Origin: Tubiluchus corallicola
Lineage: Eukaryota > Animalia > Priapulida
Assembly (NCBI GenBank): GCA_030141605.1
Contig: JAQGDQ010000009.1
Span: forward strand, 310,001 to 374,000
Reading direction: 5' to 3'
DNA: 64,000 nucleotides
Part shown: in pieces, positions 27,401 through 42,400 of the stretch
Layout: each line of letters starts with the position of its first letter
Numbering within the stretch: position 1 is the first letter of the stretch
The notes under the pieces: generated by a model
The model's input: only the letters and a program-made list of their open reading frames with translations
What the model was told of the DNA's origin: nothing
The model's database searches: none
Program-made: the position numbers and the translations under genes

Positions 27401-30400
27401 GAGTTAATAAATCTGGTGTAGTTGTTGATAGGGTGATGCTTGTCAGCGTCGCTCGATTACCTGCTAATGTACAAGGTATAAATTCTTAATAAATGAAAGA
27501 TTAGAAATTTATCATTCTACGATACAAGAAGCAATGCATTTTTTCTCAGTTTCTCAATTTTGATTACAACTAAAAACCATGGGGATGTGGATGGTATGGT
27601 GTTGTGTGTTGTGGGTGATATTGCGTAGGTAGTGTGGTTTATGTGGCATGAGTGGTGTGTTTGTTGTTATTGTGGATTGATGTACAAAATTCTTTTGTGG
27701 GATTTGTTTAGTTTAATATGATTTCTACAGTACTGAGCTACTAACATGGGCAATTATGCTTTTTAAGTTATATATTTTGTTTTACATTTTCTTTCTAATT
27801 ACTTTTTATAAAAATTATTAATATTATCATTATCATATCTTAGTTATCGTATTATGAATTTTCTTAGTTTCTGTTTTAAATTATTTGAGTATACTATTAC
27901 ATCATATTGTATACATAGATCCCAGCTGTTGACGCTTCAGGAGTACCCTACCCCGGACACCCACAAGCACACTATGCTACTGGTCCACACCCAGGGTATC
28001 CATCTAGTCACATGGTTCAACCGAACGCATTGTTTAATTACTATCCTGCTGCACGCGGTGCGAGTCCACTAATGCCTGCTGGAGTGCCTGCTCCAATAAT
28101 GCAGAGTACGGGACCGAATCCGCTTATTCAAGGGACATCCACATTTGGGTACTATCCTCCTGCAAGACCGGGAACTGTGACAGGTTGGTATTTAGAATTG
28201 CTGTAAGTTTTCTACTGTAGTTTGTCCTGTGTTGGTAAATCATTTTTGTTTAAACCTTGCACATCGTATCATCAAACTATGTAACTATTTTACAATTTTC
28301 GTGTTTGACACATGTTGTGAACATTAGTCTTCTCTATGTAAACAACACTTGGAGCAAAGTGAGTAACCACATTGTTTTGTTACAAACGTTGTAACGTCAC
28401 ACATTGTTCATCGTAAACCAAATAGTGTCGTACGTAATACTTCTGGTTAAAATGCACGTCTTTACTTTGCCGTTGGTGATTTTGTTTGTTATGAAAATAA
28501 GTTTTCTAAGTTCTTATATATGTCTCTTTTTTTCACACACTGACTTGGTTGTTATTGTACAAAATATAAAGCCTTTATTCTAGGTGTGAGAATAGGTTTT
28601 AAAAGTGAAAATAAGTCTTATTTCACATCATTGCTTCCTCAAGATTATTGCATGAGTGACACAGAAATTACAGGGATATAAAATATTCTTTACATGGAAA
28701 ACATCCTGCAGCTGGTTTTTTAATGAAAATAGCTGATTAGTGGTGCTAAATTATTGATAATGTAGGTGTAAAACTGAATTATTTGCCAGCTGGTAATGAT
28801 CATATCGTTTTGGAATATCGCCAACAGTTAGATAACTGGATTATGTAGATTATTCTCATTAACGATCAGGATTAGTTAATGTCGTGAACTGTTAGCTGAT
28901 TATAACACGTCCTGATGACAAGCTTTTATTCAGGTCTCTCTTTCACTGATGCTACGAACTTACCCCACTTTCAATTTCCACATGGACAAGGCTTTATGTC
29001 TAACACGAGTTCCACAACTTCCCTCAGCAATGTAGCCTCTACTTCTACACTAACTGCTACTTTACGTAAGTACATTCATAGTTGTTTATCCCCTTCAGAT
29101 TTCTTTGTTTTTCAGTAGTTATGCTAGTATACCTAGTATACTCTTAATGCACAAGAAAACACTTCATAAATAAGGCTTAAAAATTCGCTTGAAATTTTGT
29201 GTTACTTATGTGCTGTCTTACTGCATACAGAGCTTGTATTAGCAGTATTGTTGTATAAAACTTGTAAACTTGAATTTGATTAGCATTAAATGCGGCCATT
29301 TTAACTGCAAATCAATTGAAACCAATTTTGATAACATTGCATAAAGTTTGAAAAAATAATCAGAACATTCGTGGCACTTTCTTCCCTAATTAATCAAAGA
29401 TTTAAATTTCTTTATGTTGTCAATAAGATTAATTGTGTGTTTTTTTTTGAATTAGTGGTGCACACTGGAATGGCGATGCAGTGCCATTTTACCAGATGGC
29501 ATGAATATTTTAAATTATTAAAAATTTCTTTCTCAATTACATTCTTTCTTTCTTCTTCAATTACAATTACTAGTCTTTCAAAGGTAAGTAAGCGTCATAC
29601 TAAATAATATAACTTTGTTCGGAAAGTTCTTTGGGGTATACTTTAAAATTCCCTTTTCTTTCCCATTAAACAAATTTATTTGTCAGTTATCCATGTTAAA
29701 AGCCTCGAGTGCTGTAATCAGAAAATATTGCAGAGTGGAATTACTGGTGATTTTTTTAAACTTCATTGGTTTTTTTTTGTTCAATGCTTTCATCATTTTG
29801 TAATAGTGTGTGTGAGTAAGAATCTTAAATCTAGTTTTAAGAGGAGTTTTTGTGTAGTAACTATAACTCTCCACGCAAGCATTTGGAAATTTTAAATGTC
29901 TTTTTGTCTTTGAAATAGATTTGTAGACTATGTCCCTATTTTGTTTTCACTTTTTTACTAGATAGAAATAAAATCTTGGCAGTTCATATGCTTTTAATGT
30001 TATCAGAATAAGTGCAAAAGTATGTGGTAACTGGTTTTATCAAACTATTTATGACTCTGCCATTTTTTTAGCAGCTACAACAATTTCAACAGCAGACACC
30101 AAGCCTCAAATTACAACGGTACCAGCGATGATCACTGCATCCTCTAGTAAGTTAACTGGCTTCTTTTGCTGTTTTCATTTGCCAACCTGTAACTTTTCAT
30201 TGGTTACATTTGTATTTGCATAAGAAACGGTTTTCACATTGCATGTTTTAAAATGTATTAGCATGCTTAAATAAAATAGAAATCAACAGTTGCGGTCATA
30301 TGCCTAAGCTGTTTTTGTCTCAACGCCAGAAAAAAACTGCTAGGGTGTTGGTTAAGGAAATTGAATTTGTGTCAATAAACTGTCATTTTAAAGTTGGGGA

Positions 30401-33400
30401 ATTTTTTAAATCGTTATGCCAATTTTCGTGTTACTAGAGGCGTAATTCATGTTTTAGGTAATGGTTTTAGTTTAAAAGCCTTGGTTAATTTGCAATAAAC
30501 TATTGATACTATGAAAGTAATGCAATTTTTCTAGGTTCAGGAAGTCATAAGTTTCAGATAGCTTTACCACCGGATTACAAACCACCGGTTGTGCAAGCAT
30601 CACCTACGGCTAGCATCAAAATTCAACCTAGCCTTGGTATGGTCAGATTTGCACATGTGCATGTAGCTGAAAACTTTGAAAACAATTTAATATCGTTGGT
30701 AATACTTAGGGTCATACTAATGCGGTGTATGTGATCCTAATTAGTTAATTATTTAATTGGTTAACTAATTAATATAGTTGCATAAAATCAGAGTGTTTTC
30801 TCAATCATAAGAATTAAATCTAATACAAAAAAGTAGTGAAAAAATTAATTCTTGGTCAGAGTTTGACCATGAGGACATAGTCGTTTATTGTCTAAATGCA
30901 ATGAATTTGTTTGAAAGCTTTAAGAAAAGGAAAAAGCTTGGATACCGTTCTATTAATGATTGCAAAGCAATCGATTAGCACTTGACTGCTAAGTCCTAAG
31001 TTGAAGACATGACTGAGAAATGAATTTTTCACCACTGTCCTTTTCTGCAATCCAGAAAAAGCACCTCCACAAAAAGAGCACTTTAATAATTTAGAGACAT
31101 GATAGCTGTTGACCAGTGCTACAGGCATTTGGTACTTTTTTGATGGATCGTATTACTGATTTCAAATCCTTACATACAAAATGAAAGTACCTTTTTCTCC
31201 ACTCTTTCTTGCATGTGCAAAGCATACACTTTCTCTCTGACCGCCTGAATTATGGTATGACTTGCATGAAGCATCTGGGCTCAAATGCAGTTAAGTTTTG
31301 TCATTTTTCCTTGTAGCTTTTTGCTGATATAAACAAGTGGCTGTTTAATCTTTTATTTATACATTGAAGTTGTTATAATTGTCGTATTTGAAACTGCTCA
31401 TTCAGTGCAAGTAAAAATAACGCCACAAACTAAACTGTCAGGAGAGGGTCGTCATCAGATTAAGGTGGACCAGAATTTTAAACAACTTTTTATCTAATGA
31501 TTTTGAAAAGGCTTCTTTAATTACTAATACTTCTTATTATTGTTGTTTCTTTTAGTGCGAACGAGACACCGTACTCTCTCAACTACTTCTGAAGGGGATG
31601 TATCTGACCATGAACCAAGCATCGAATTTACTCCAGTGATTCCACTGCCTGATGTGGTATGTAATTTAATATACATTTTGATAAGCAAAACAGCTTCATA
31701 ATTCAGTAGTCTCTGATTTCTACGTCTGAACCGTCACATAGCTATATCTAGATAAATGGAAATAATTCATTGTTGTGACAGATGCGTTAAAAAGAAGTGT
31801 GCGTACATGTGCGCTGTAATAAACTGCAATGAATCTCTGCTTACCAAAGTGCATGTGTATGACTTATATGTTCTGTAATAACAATATTGATCTTGTAATA
31901 TAGGTGGACTCATACACGGGCGAAGAGGATGAAGTACCTCTCTTTGCTGAAAGGGGAAAGCTCTTCCGGTTTACAGATAAAGAGTGGAAAGAGCGTGGCA
32001 TCGGCATCATGAAAATACTCAACAATCCTCAAAAAGGAACGATAAGGATTTTAATGCGCAGAGAACAGGTATTGTGTTTATATACGAACAAAATTTAGTT
32101 ACAGTCACGTGACAGTAGTGATGGGCCAACATGTGTAATGCAATAGTCCCCCCAAATGCTTATGAATCAGGTGGTACAAGAAAAGTGCCAAAGTTTTGAT
32201 CACAATTTTATGAGAAGGAAGAAAACGAAAACTTTAAAAATGACCATATTGAAGTTACAGACGTTTATGTGTAAACACTAAAAATATTAGGTTGTTCTCT
32301 TAGATATTTCCTAAGATACCGAAATTTTAAAACAAGTCAGAAAAAACACCGAAAAAGTTTTGTGTCATTATTGTTAAAATTTACAGCATGTGCTCTACTG
32401 GTCTGATGTAAACTGCAACCTGCAAACTAGATGAAGGTATTTGTTCTAACATGTAACACAGTTTCTCACTTCTTTAAGGATATTTGGTCCCAACAGTCAA
32501 CAGTTTTTGACTAGTTCCTTTGCATCAAACATCTCCGTGCGGCTGTTGTGCCCTTTCTCTTTAAGGGAACTCCAGGTACCATAATACAGACAATTAAGAC
32601 CCATTTTTTCTTGGCAATAAATTTTTATTAGTGCTTTACTTTCTGTTGGGAAGACCATGATGTAAGCTGATTGATTTTTTTATTGCTTTATTGCCATGTA
32701 TTGAGTGTTTTATACCTCAATGCAGCTGTTTTTCAGTTACAGACTCAATCGCTTAATTGACCCACAAACGCCTGGGACGGGCCGCTTCTTTTCAAATATA
32801 CATAAAAACTATCGGTAATTGACTAAAAAACTCCGCATAATTGACTCAATATTTTTTCTTCACTTACTTAAAATAAGACATTTGTATGTGCCAAAAGAGC
32901 CTTTCCTACTTTTATGTCATCTTTACTTCCCTTATGTGCACTATGTATGCAGAAACAATCATGTTAAGTACCGTTTTGTTTATAAGCAGGTACATTTATC
33001 ATGAACTAATAATACGCTAGCATAGTGGTTTTGCTTTGAATCAGTTACCCGCTCGCCCACTGTTACCTAAAGAATTTCTGGAAGCTAAACATCTAATCAC
33101 TTGCCTAGCGGTTTCCTTTTGATGCTCTCGTTGCAAACCACGCTTTCAGGCTTAATGAGTTAACAGACAAAGATGCAGGTACAGTATAATCAGCTGGTAT
33201 TCCTTGTGACTTACAAGAGTAAATATTGTATAGCAAATAAGAGCAATGTAAGTGAGCAGATGATTCAGAACTGTTTTAGTCACATTTTTATAATTACGAG
33301 AACTTTGTGGGCCAACTTCTTCACGAGAAAATGAAGCAGCTGGCTTTGAAGGAATTTTTGTAATTTTTGCAAATAAACAGACTTAGAAAAGTCTGTGATT

Positions 33401-36400
33401 TAGCAAAGTTTACTTTTTAATTTATTGCTAATTCACTTATACAAATTAACATTTTAAAATATTTTTTTCTAGTTTTTAACTGCACAAAGGAATTTAGGCA
33501 TTACTTTGTTTCTATAATTCATTAAAAACCTTTGCAGTGCATAGTAAACTGATGGCTCATACTTCTACCTGTAATACTAATTCACTTATATAAATTAACA
33601 TTTTAAAATATTTTTTCTAATTTTTAACTGCACAAATTAATTTAGGCATTACTTCATTTCTACAATTCATTAAAAACCTTTCCAGTGGATAGTAAGCTGA
33701 TGACACATACTGCTATACCTGTAATACTACACCCATCGGTTAATTGGGTCAAAACACATTGATCCCAAAATGAGTCCATTAAGTGAGTCTATTAAGTGGC
33801 GCCTACTGTGTAAAATTTACTTTAATTTAATTTATTAGATATTTAAAGTACATTAACATTAAAATAGACAAATGCATTTTACGTACATAAATCTTAACAC
33901 ATAAACGCATTTAAAGTTGGCCTATATAATACATATTGTTTAACGAGGAATTTGAAATTAAAAGCAATAAACAGGTAGCCTACAGATACATATTAATCAG
34001 TGAAGAGATTAATATAAAAAATATTGTAAGCTGATATTGTTCCGGCATTTAATTTTTAAACATAGAAAAGCTTCTCTGCCTTAATGTACTAAAGCTGCAA
34101 ACTTGTAACAGCCAAAAGACACTGTATTGTAATATGCTGTCATATTTCAGCTATATAGAGCGCTTGCTTCTATAATTATTGTAGTCTAAACTTCGGCAAA
34201 TTTTCTGCCCCACCTAATATATGAATGAAATTTAGTTTAGTTACGTCGCAGTAGTTATAGGGAAACTTGTGCGTAATGCTGTAGCCTCCCAACATTCAAA
34301 TGTATTTAAAGTATTGTCAATGTTATGCAATATATGAGGTTATTAGGAAACTAATATAAACAATTTATGTGTGTTGGACTGAGAAGATTCATTTGAATGT
34401 GCCATCTAGGATTTTTTATTTCTAGCAATATGTAACATTAAATGATGAACCACTTTAGTGAGATCTTTACAGTCAAATAGCTTTTCATGTTGTTACAGAT
34501 TTTGGAATAAGTGAATAACGCATCTCTATCTGTAGCTTAAAATTCTTTGTAATTATTTTATCAGGTGTTAAAAGTTTGTGCAAATCATTACATTCAACCT
34601 GACATGAGCCTGAGCATAATGCCTGGCAATGAGAAAGCATGGATATGGAGAGCTGTTGACTTTGCCGAGGAAAAAGCGCTGAACGAAAACTTCTGCATTA
34701 GATTCAAGACACCAGAAATTGCACAAGATTTTAAACTCGTGTTTGATCAAGCGAGACAGATTTTATCCAAGACTGGTAAGGTTGACAGGATGGATGCCAT
34801 ACCCGAAAAAACCGCTTCGGAGAACGAAGGCTTTGGAGATCAGTTTAAACCTAAAGCAGGTGTTTGGAATTGTGAAGTCTGTCTTGTCTACAACAGTAAA
34901 GACAAAACAGCATGCATGGCATGCAATACGCCAAAGCCAACATCATTTACTACGCCACCTGCTGCTGCAAAGTCTGTCAATGGTAGTCAGACTCCAGATT
35001 TGGCTAACACTGGTGCAGCGGGTGTCAAATTTGGAGCAGCTAGCGCACCAACTCAACTGTTTGGTACTGGATCGACAAGTTTTACTTTTGGTTTAAAGCC
35101 AGCTACTACTGGTTCAGGAATCACTGCTGGAATACCAGTTACAACTACTACAGTAGTTGAAGTACCGGGTAGTTTGTCTTCACGTGAAACATTTGTTCAG
35201 CAGACACCTGCTTTAACAGCATTGAGCAGTTATGTGTCAAAGTACGCAGGAGAAAATGAAAACGCCTCGCACTCATCTACAGTAAGTAACCCATTGCCTG
35301 GACAGCATACAAGTTTTGGCGGGTTCAAATTTACATCACCACCTAAAATTGGTCAAACAATTGAAACACCTGTCGAGGTTTCAGCAACTGTAACAAAGCC
35401 TGATACTACTGCTAAGTCTAGTCCTTTTGCTGGCTTTAAGTTTCCGTCATCATCAAAACAATTAGTCCAAACACCAACAACATCACAAGATGACATGTCA
35501 CAGAACGCAGACCCCAAACTTACAGACGTTACCCCTGGTTACGGTGCAAGTCAACAGACTGAAATACCTGTCTTTGGTGACAATACTTCACTTGACTTTG
35601 CTACATTAGCTGCAGCACAAGCTGATGATGCATCTTTTAAAAAGACAGAATCCTTTGCTGGCTTTGAAGGGGCTGGGACACGTGTGTTTACTCATGAAAC
35701 CAGTGGAACTGAGGGCGAATACGAACCCGATGTTGATTTTAAACCCATAATTGCATTGCCTGAATTAATAGAGGTGAAAACTGGAGAGGAAAATGAAGAA
35801 GTATTATTTCGCTGTCGCTCAAAGCTCTATCGCTTTCACCTCGAGTCTAAAGAGTGGAAAGAAAGAGGCATCGGTGAAATTAAAATATTAAAGCATAAAC
35901 AGACGGGTCGCTTTCGTGTCCTGATGAGACGGGAACAAGTTCACAAACTCTGTGCAAACCACCACATTTTGCCGACAATGAATCTCAATCCACTCGAAGG
36001 TTCTAACAAGTTTTGGACCTGGCACTGTGTGGATTTCTCCGAAGAGACTCCCAAACAAGAACTGTTTGCAGCAAAGTTTAAAACTGAAGATCAAGCTGCC
36101 GAATTTAAACAGGTGTTTGAAGATTGCCAGCAGCAGTTGCACGAGACTTCTGAGACCAAACCAGATGCAGCTGTTACAGAAGAATCAGTTGAAGCACCAA
36201 AAGGGCAAACGTCAGACCAGATTCCACTTTCAGTGATGTTTAAGTCTCGGCCTGGTTCGTGGAATTGTGAAGTATGCTTGGTTAATAATCCTGCTGACAT
36301 GACAGTGTGTGCAGCCTGTGCAACTCCTAAGGCAGGATCTTCTGAACAACTGCTGTCTGACAGGAAACCACTTTCCGAACTTTTTCGATCGAAGCCTGGT

Positions 36401-39400
36401 TCATGGAATTGTGACGCTTGCTATTTAAACAATGCAGCTTCTGTTCAGCAGTGTATTGCGTGCAACACTCCTAAGCCAGGAAGTGAAGCACCAACCAGCA
36501 GCGACGCTGATGCTAAGGAAACGGATGCTTCACAGTCTACTGTTGGTATGCCGAAACAAGACATTAAATCTGTTTTTGGACAGACAGCTGGAACTGGGTT
36601 CAATTTTGGGCTTGCTCCTTCAAGAAGCGATGCATCTAGTTTTTCTTTTGGTGCACCAACAACTACAAGTGATGATAAAATTGGATTTAAGCTTCCAGAT
36701 AAGTCCTCGACTGCGGTGGACTCGACTTCATTGACTGATGCCAGTGAAATGAAAACACCCTTTACATCTGGCTTTTTATTCGGCGCTCCAAAAGATAAGA
36801 CCACCAGTGATGCTGGGTTTAGACTTTCAGATAGTTTATCATCGACTGGTAACGTAACTAGTTTTACTTCAGCTGATACTAGTGGAACAAAACCTGTTAC
36901 TGCGACTGGTTTCTTATTTGGTGCTCCAAAAGACAAGACTGACAATGTTGGATTTAAACTTCCAGATGCTTCTTCAATGGAGAACATATCTTCTACTTCA
37001 AGTGTTGCAGATGAAGCAAAACCCACTCAGTCCGTATTTACGTTTGGAAGTTCTGGTTCTTCTAATCAGTTTAAATTTGACGCCTCGAAGCCGATGTTTA
37101 CCATTGGGAGCAGTGGATTGAGAACAACTGACATTGGTGAGGACCAGTTGAAGGCTAAGCCTGCGCCATTCACTTTCTCACCTGCAAAGACGCCACCATC
37201 TTCTACTCAGTCTAGTGCTCCATTTCAATTTGGTGGCAGTGCTCTACCTAGTGAATTTGTCTTTAGTGGTGTGCAGCCATCGAGTCCTGTAAAATCTCCC
37301 GGAAGAGACGAAAGTGATTTGTATCACAGCGAAGGTGAGGGTGACCATATATACTTTGAACCCGTGATTCCCCTTCCAGAAAAAATTGACGTAAAAACCG
37401 GGGAGGAGAATGAGGATATCCTGTATTCCCATCGTGCCAAGTTGTTTCGCTTTTCAGATAGTGAATGGAAAGAGCGCGGCTTGGGTGATATAAAAATTTT
37501 ACAGCACAAAGACACCAAAGCTGTCCGCTTGTTGCTTCGCCGGGAGCGTGTTATGAAAATTGCTTGTAATCACTACATAACCAGTGAGATGAACTTGATC
37601 GAACATGATGAGCGATCTTGGATGTGGTGTGCGATGGATTCTACTGATGGTGCTCCGGTCTTAGAGAAATTTGCCATTCGCTTTAAGACGTCTGAAATTG
37701 CAGTGGAGTTTAAAGCTGCATTTGATGATGCTAAAGCCAGAACTTCCTCAACAAGTCCAGTTAAGTCTAAAGAAGTTGATGCTGAAAAACCAATTTCAGA
37801 AGTTGATGTTTCTAGTAAAGATGACGTGAAAGACGAAAAAGCAAACGAAACAAAGCCGGAGAAGTCTAGCTCAATTACAACCTTCTCTTTTAAAAGTAAC
37901 CAGAAAGAGTCACCATCTTCTGGGTTTTCGTTTGGCCAAAAATTTGGCACGGCATCTTCTACAGCTGGACAGCCATCTATATTTGGCACACCAAAAATTG
38001 CACTATCGCCGGGATCTGTTTTTGGAAGCCCGGCTACCACATCCAGTTCTGTATTTGGCGGAGGATCAGTATTTGGTGGCAAGGCAGCATTGACGACGAC
38101 ATTCGGCGAAAATAACACAACGTCTTTTCCAGGATTCACGTTTGGTGGAGCTCAAAAAGCAAAGGTCCCAGAAGCCAGTCGTAAGTAAGCTTTTCTTTTC
38201 CTTTTTTACGGAATATGTCTACTGATACCGTCTGCTATAAGAATTTCGGAACTATTTTATGAGGGCATTTTATGGCATAACTTATTATAAGATGTGTGAT
38301 AGCCCAACTAGAAACTGTACTACTTCAAGTATATTTATGCTGGTGTATGAGGTTGAAAGCAGTATTGTTCTAATGAGGCTGTTACAGCAGTGTTGGTAAA
38401 TTAACTAGCCAATGCTTTTAATTCTTGATAGATTACTAAATAGTGACATGTAATATGAGAGAATTAATAAACCCAACAGTTTATGCCTAATCAGCAGTAT
38501 GGACGTATTACAGTTCGATGCATTGATCTAAAGCCAGCTCTTTAATGATTTTTAATTCTTGGTCGATTGAAATAGTTTGTTCTTGTGACTATGTTCTGCT
38601 GTGCAGGCGTATTGTCAATTTTTGTTGTTGTTTATTTTACCAAAATCTAAACTTCAAAGCTGTCGACTTTTTTCAGCTTTTGAAAAATTACTGCTGCGTG
38701 CAATGATTTCATATCTTTTGTTTAATTGTAATGGGAACATTTTCTTCTCTGTGCCTTTTCGATTTTTATCCAGGGTTTTTTTCGTTATGATTAACTAAGA
38801 CTGTGCTGTTGTTCTTTGTTTCAATCTTGACTACTTGTTAGTTGTCATAGTTACTTGCTGTCTATACTCAAGAATATTAGATGTTTGTTTATGAATTTGT
38901 AAGTCTCACAAAGTTTGAAAATATTTTCACTATTTCAGAAGACGTGATTATTGTTTACGAGAAGAAGGCAACTCCCGATAAAGTTGCCGCTGCTAGGAAG
39001 CTTCAGCTTCCGGATAACTTCTACTTGTATGAGGATGCTCCTGGATGTCCTGGTTGCCGAGGTTGCCACCCGGATGATCTGCATGATTCGGCTTCACCAG
39101 CTCAAGAAACTAGTGGTAAGAATTAAGTTTAATGTTGAATAACAACTTATTAGTTTTGTGTAACAACTTGTATGTTCAGGTTTGATCTTAAATTTGCTTT
39201 TTCTGCTCCAGAAAGTGATGTACAGTATAACGCCATTATAGCGAATATTGTTTATTGCATACACACTGGTAATGAGAACTCGCAAAAAAGAACAAACATT
39301 CATTATTTATTTAACTAGTATTACTAATGCTAACTAACTAACTATTGTTTAGTTTGAAGTTATTGTACATGTCCTGAAATTTTAATGTTAATAAAGTTTG

Positions 39401-42400
39401 AGCAATGTATATGTGTGGCACATTAGGTAAGCTAGGAACATTTTTCTGCATTTTTCAGGGATTCCATGTTGAAACCTTGTTGAATAAAGAATTTCGCATC
39501 TAACTATGTCTTTCTGCAAAAGAAATTCATCCCAGCTGTTCTATGAACAATGATTCCTGTTACTGCAGCTGCTAATCTTTTCTATCCTTGAATTCTACCA
39601 TTTATCTTAAATGTTTTCCGGCTTTGGTGGTTTGTTTTTGTAGGGTACATATAAAATAATATAATAAGAATGATGATTCTTACAAAAAAAATTTCAGATT
39701 TGTGTAAAGCAATGTGTTCTAACTCTTCTTTCCAGGTTGGCAAGACAGTGAAAAAGAGGTCGCTCATGAAAAAGAGGTGCCAAAACAGTTTACACCTGCT
39801 TCTTTTGCAGATGAGTCTGAAGGTGATTACACACGTTAACATTCATAATTATTCACAGTAAGTTAACATAGCTAAAAAGTCTTGTCTGGACATCTGTAAA
39901 ATTGACTTGTTGAATAGTTTTTATTCAACATCTGTCACTGTCTTCATGTCTTCATAGTCTAGCCAGTCATCTGTTTCATAAATAGGATAAATTGTGAGAC
40001 TAAACAGGAAAAAAAACACGAGACAATATCTTTGTCAACCAAAAACACTGACCAAAGTTCTCTATTTCTTTAAAATACTGCAAATCTTCTGATATATTTC
40101 TTTACAAAGGTGAAGCTGCACAGAGGGAATCGGGTATCATGTTCGGTGGACAAGATCAAGGCTCTTCGTTTGCCGATTTAGCAAAAACTGCCGGAGAGAC
40201 ACCGTCTTTTGTTAAAAGTTAGTAAACAAATTCTGTCAATGTAAATTTGTTTAATTTAGTTGTAATTTTTGCACCAAGGAATTTTGTCGGCGATTGTCTC
40301 TTGTCTAAAAGTAATTTGTGTTTTGATGGCGAAGGCTGTTATTGATTTTGCAGTAAAATATTGACATTAATTGTTTAATAACAATTCAGTCTAGCTATGT
40401 AGTGTAGGTAGGTGTAAACATACCACAGACGGGTAGCTCTAAATGTATGCCAAATCAACAGGGATCATCTCAGTATTTAGATACTTAATCCGGATCTCCT
40501 TTCTATTAACATCAAAAGCACTATAGAAAATTTCACAGAAATTAACAAAAATTGTTACTTAAAACAAAAAAAGGAATACTATTAAGGAAAATTAATTGTT
40601 ACTGCATGTAGATGGAATAAAAATTCCTCGCATTTTTGTGCTTAAACTGCCGCATTGTTTTTGCAGGTTCTGATAAACCATTCAGGTTTTCGGGTGCTGG
40701 AACAGCCATTTTTGGACATAGCACTAACGAACATGAAGGAGAAGATGGTGTCATACCCAGTCACGACGTTCACTTCGAACCTGTAATACCTCTTCCTGAG
40801 CTGATCGATGTAAAAACCGGTGAAGAAGAAGAGGAGAAGCTGTTTTGTCACAGAGCTAAATTGTACAGGTTTGTTTTCTTTTTTTACTTTTAGCCAGTGA
40901 GTCAATAAAATTTTGACAGATTTTTTTCTATTTTGTTTAATTTTTTTAAACGGAACTGCTAGCTCTTTATTCTCAGCATATTTACTCATTTACTATCAGT
41001 CTTTTAAACTGTTTGCTTTAAAACCAACAAATTTAATTTTGAGAAGCGATCACAGCTCCTGTAAGACGTTCTTTGTAAGAGCAATAACTTTCACTTCTGT
41101 TACATGTGGAATTAATCTACAAGTAAAACCATAGTGTGATAATGATATTTACTTTCTATGAAATGCTTTTATATTCAAGCAATTTCATGTGATTTCACTT
41201 TGCTGTTTTACCTTAACAAAGATTAGTCAATTTTACTGTCACGGATATTTTGTCTCTTGTGTTAGATATGATAAGACAACCAATCAATGGAAGGAAAGGG
41301 GCATTGGAGATATGAAAATTCTAAAAAATCAGTTAACAGGTACTTTTTCATTAGAAGATTTTCGTAGCAGTTTTACGTTATGTTAAGCTCATGTATGTTT
41401 TGCTTTACTACATTTTGTACAACAAAAATAGGCCTAATTGATTAGAACAGTGCTGAAATCACAATAGAAACAGCTAGTCTTATAATAAAAAATCAACTTT
41501 ATTGCTAAAACGAGAAACAACATGATGAACCATGTACGTTGAGCCTCAGTGAAGAAGGTGCAAACGGTTTCGAGTTGATTTAAACCGGCCTCAAGCTCAA
41601 ATTGCTATATTTTAGTTTGTCAAAGAAAAATTTTAGCAAGCATAAAGCATCTTCTCTCAGCTATTTTAGTAATTTAGCTAAATTAAAATGTTTTCAGCAG
41701 TTTGTACCTGAGGACGGCCTCTGTGCTGAATGACTTACAGAGAGAATTTACAAGTTCCTCTTGCTGAGCCAAGTCTTAATTGTACATAATAAAGTGAAGT
41801 CGATGCATCAGTATTTTTTTAAAATTTTGCTATAATAGTATTAATGAATTGTAGAATTAACAATTGCTGCATATTTACTTCATGCAGTGACCTAGACATT
41901 GATCTGGCACTGTGCTGACCTAAATGTTGATCTGGCACTGTGTTGACCTAGACGTTGATCTGGCACTGTGTTGACTTAGACGTTGATCTGGCACTGTGTT
42001 GACCTAGACGTTGATCTGGCACTGTGTTGACCTAGACGTTGATCTGGCACTGTGTTGACCTAGACGTTGATCTGGCACTGTGCTGACCTAAACGTTGATC
42101 TGGCACTGTGTTGACCTAGACGTTGATCTGGCACTGTGCTGACCTAGACGTTGATCTGGCACTGTGCTGACCCAAATGTTGATCTGGCACTGTGTTGACC
42201 TAGACGTTGATCTGGCACTGTGTTGACCTAGACGTTGATCTGGCACTGTGCTGACCCAAATGTTGATCTGGCACTGTGTTGACCTAGACGTTGATCTGGC
42301 ACTGTGTTGACCTAAATGTTGATCTGGCACTGTGCTGACCTAAACGTTGATCTGGCACTGTGTTGACCTAAATGTTGATCTGGCACTGTGTTGACCTAGG

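Noticed and set aside
31406-31447. Possible 42-nt frame-preserving RanBP2 cassette exon
   Set aside because: Weak polypyrimidine tract and poor donor (G|gtcgtc); the flanking exons already join in phase without it.
32738-33810. Possible Tc1/pogo-type MITE (cag..cgcttaattg at left, attaagtggcgcctactg at right)
   Set aside because: Terminal match is too degenerate to call without a repeat library.
36445-38139. 193-aa and 188-aa minus-strand ORFs
   Set aside because: Antisense shadows of the Ser/Thr-rich RanBP2 exon, with no independent motifs.
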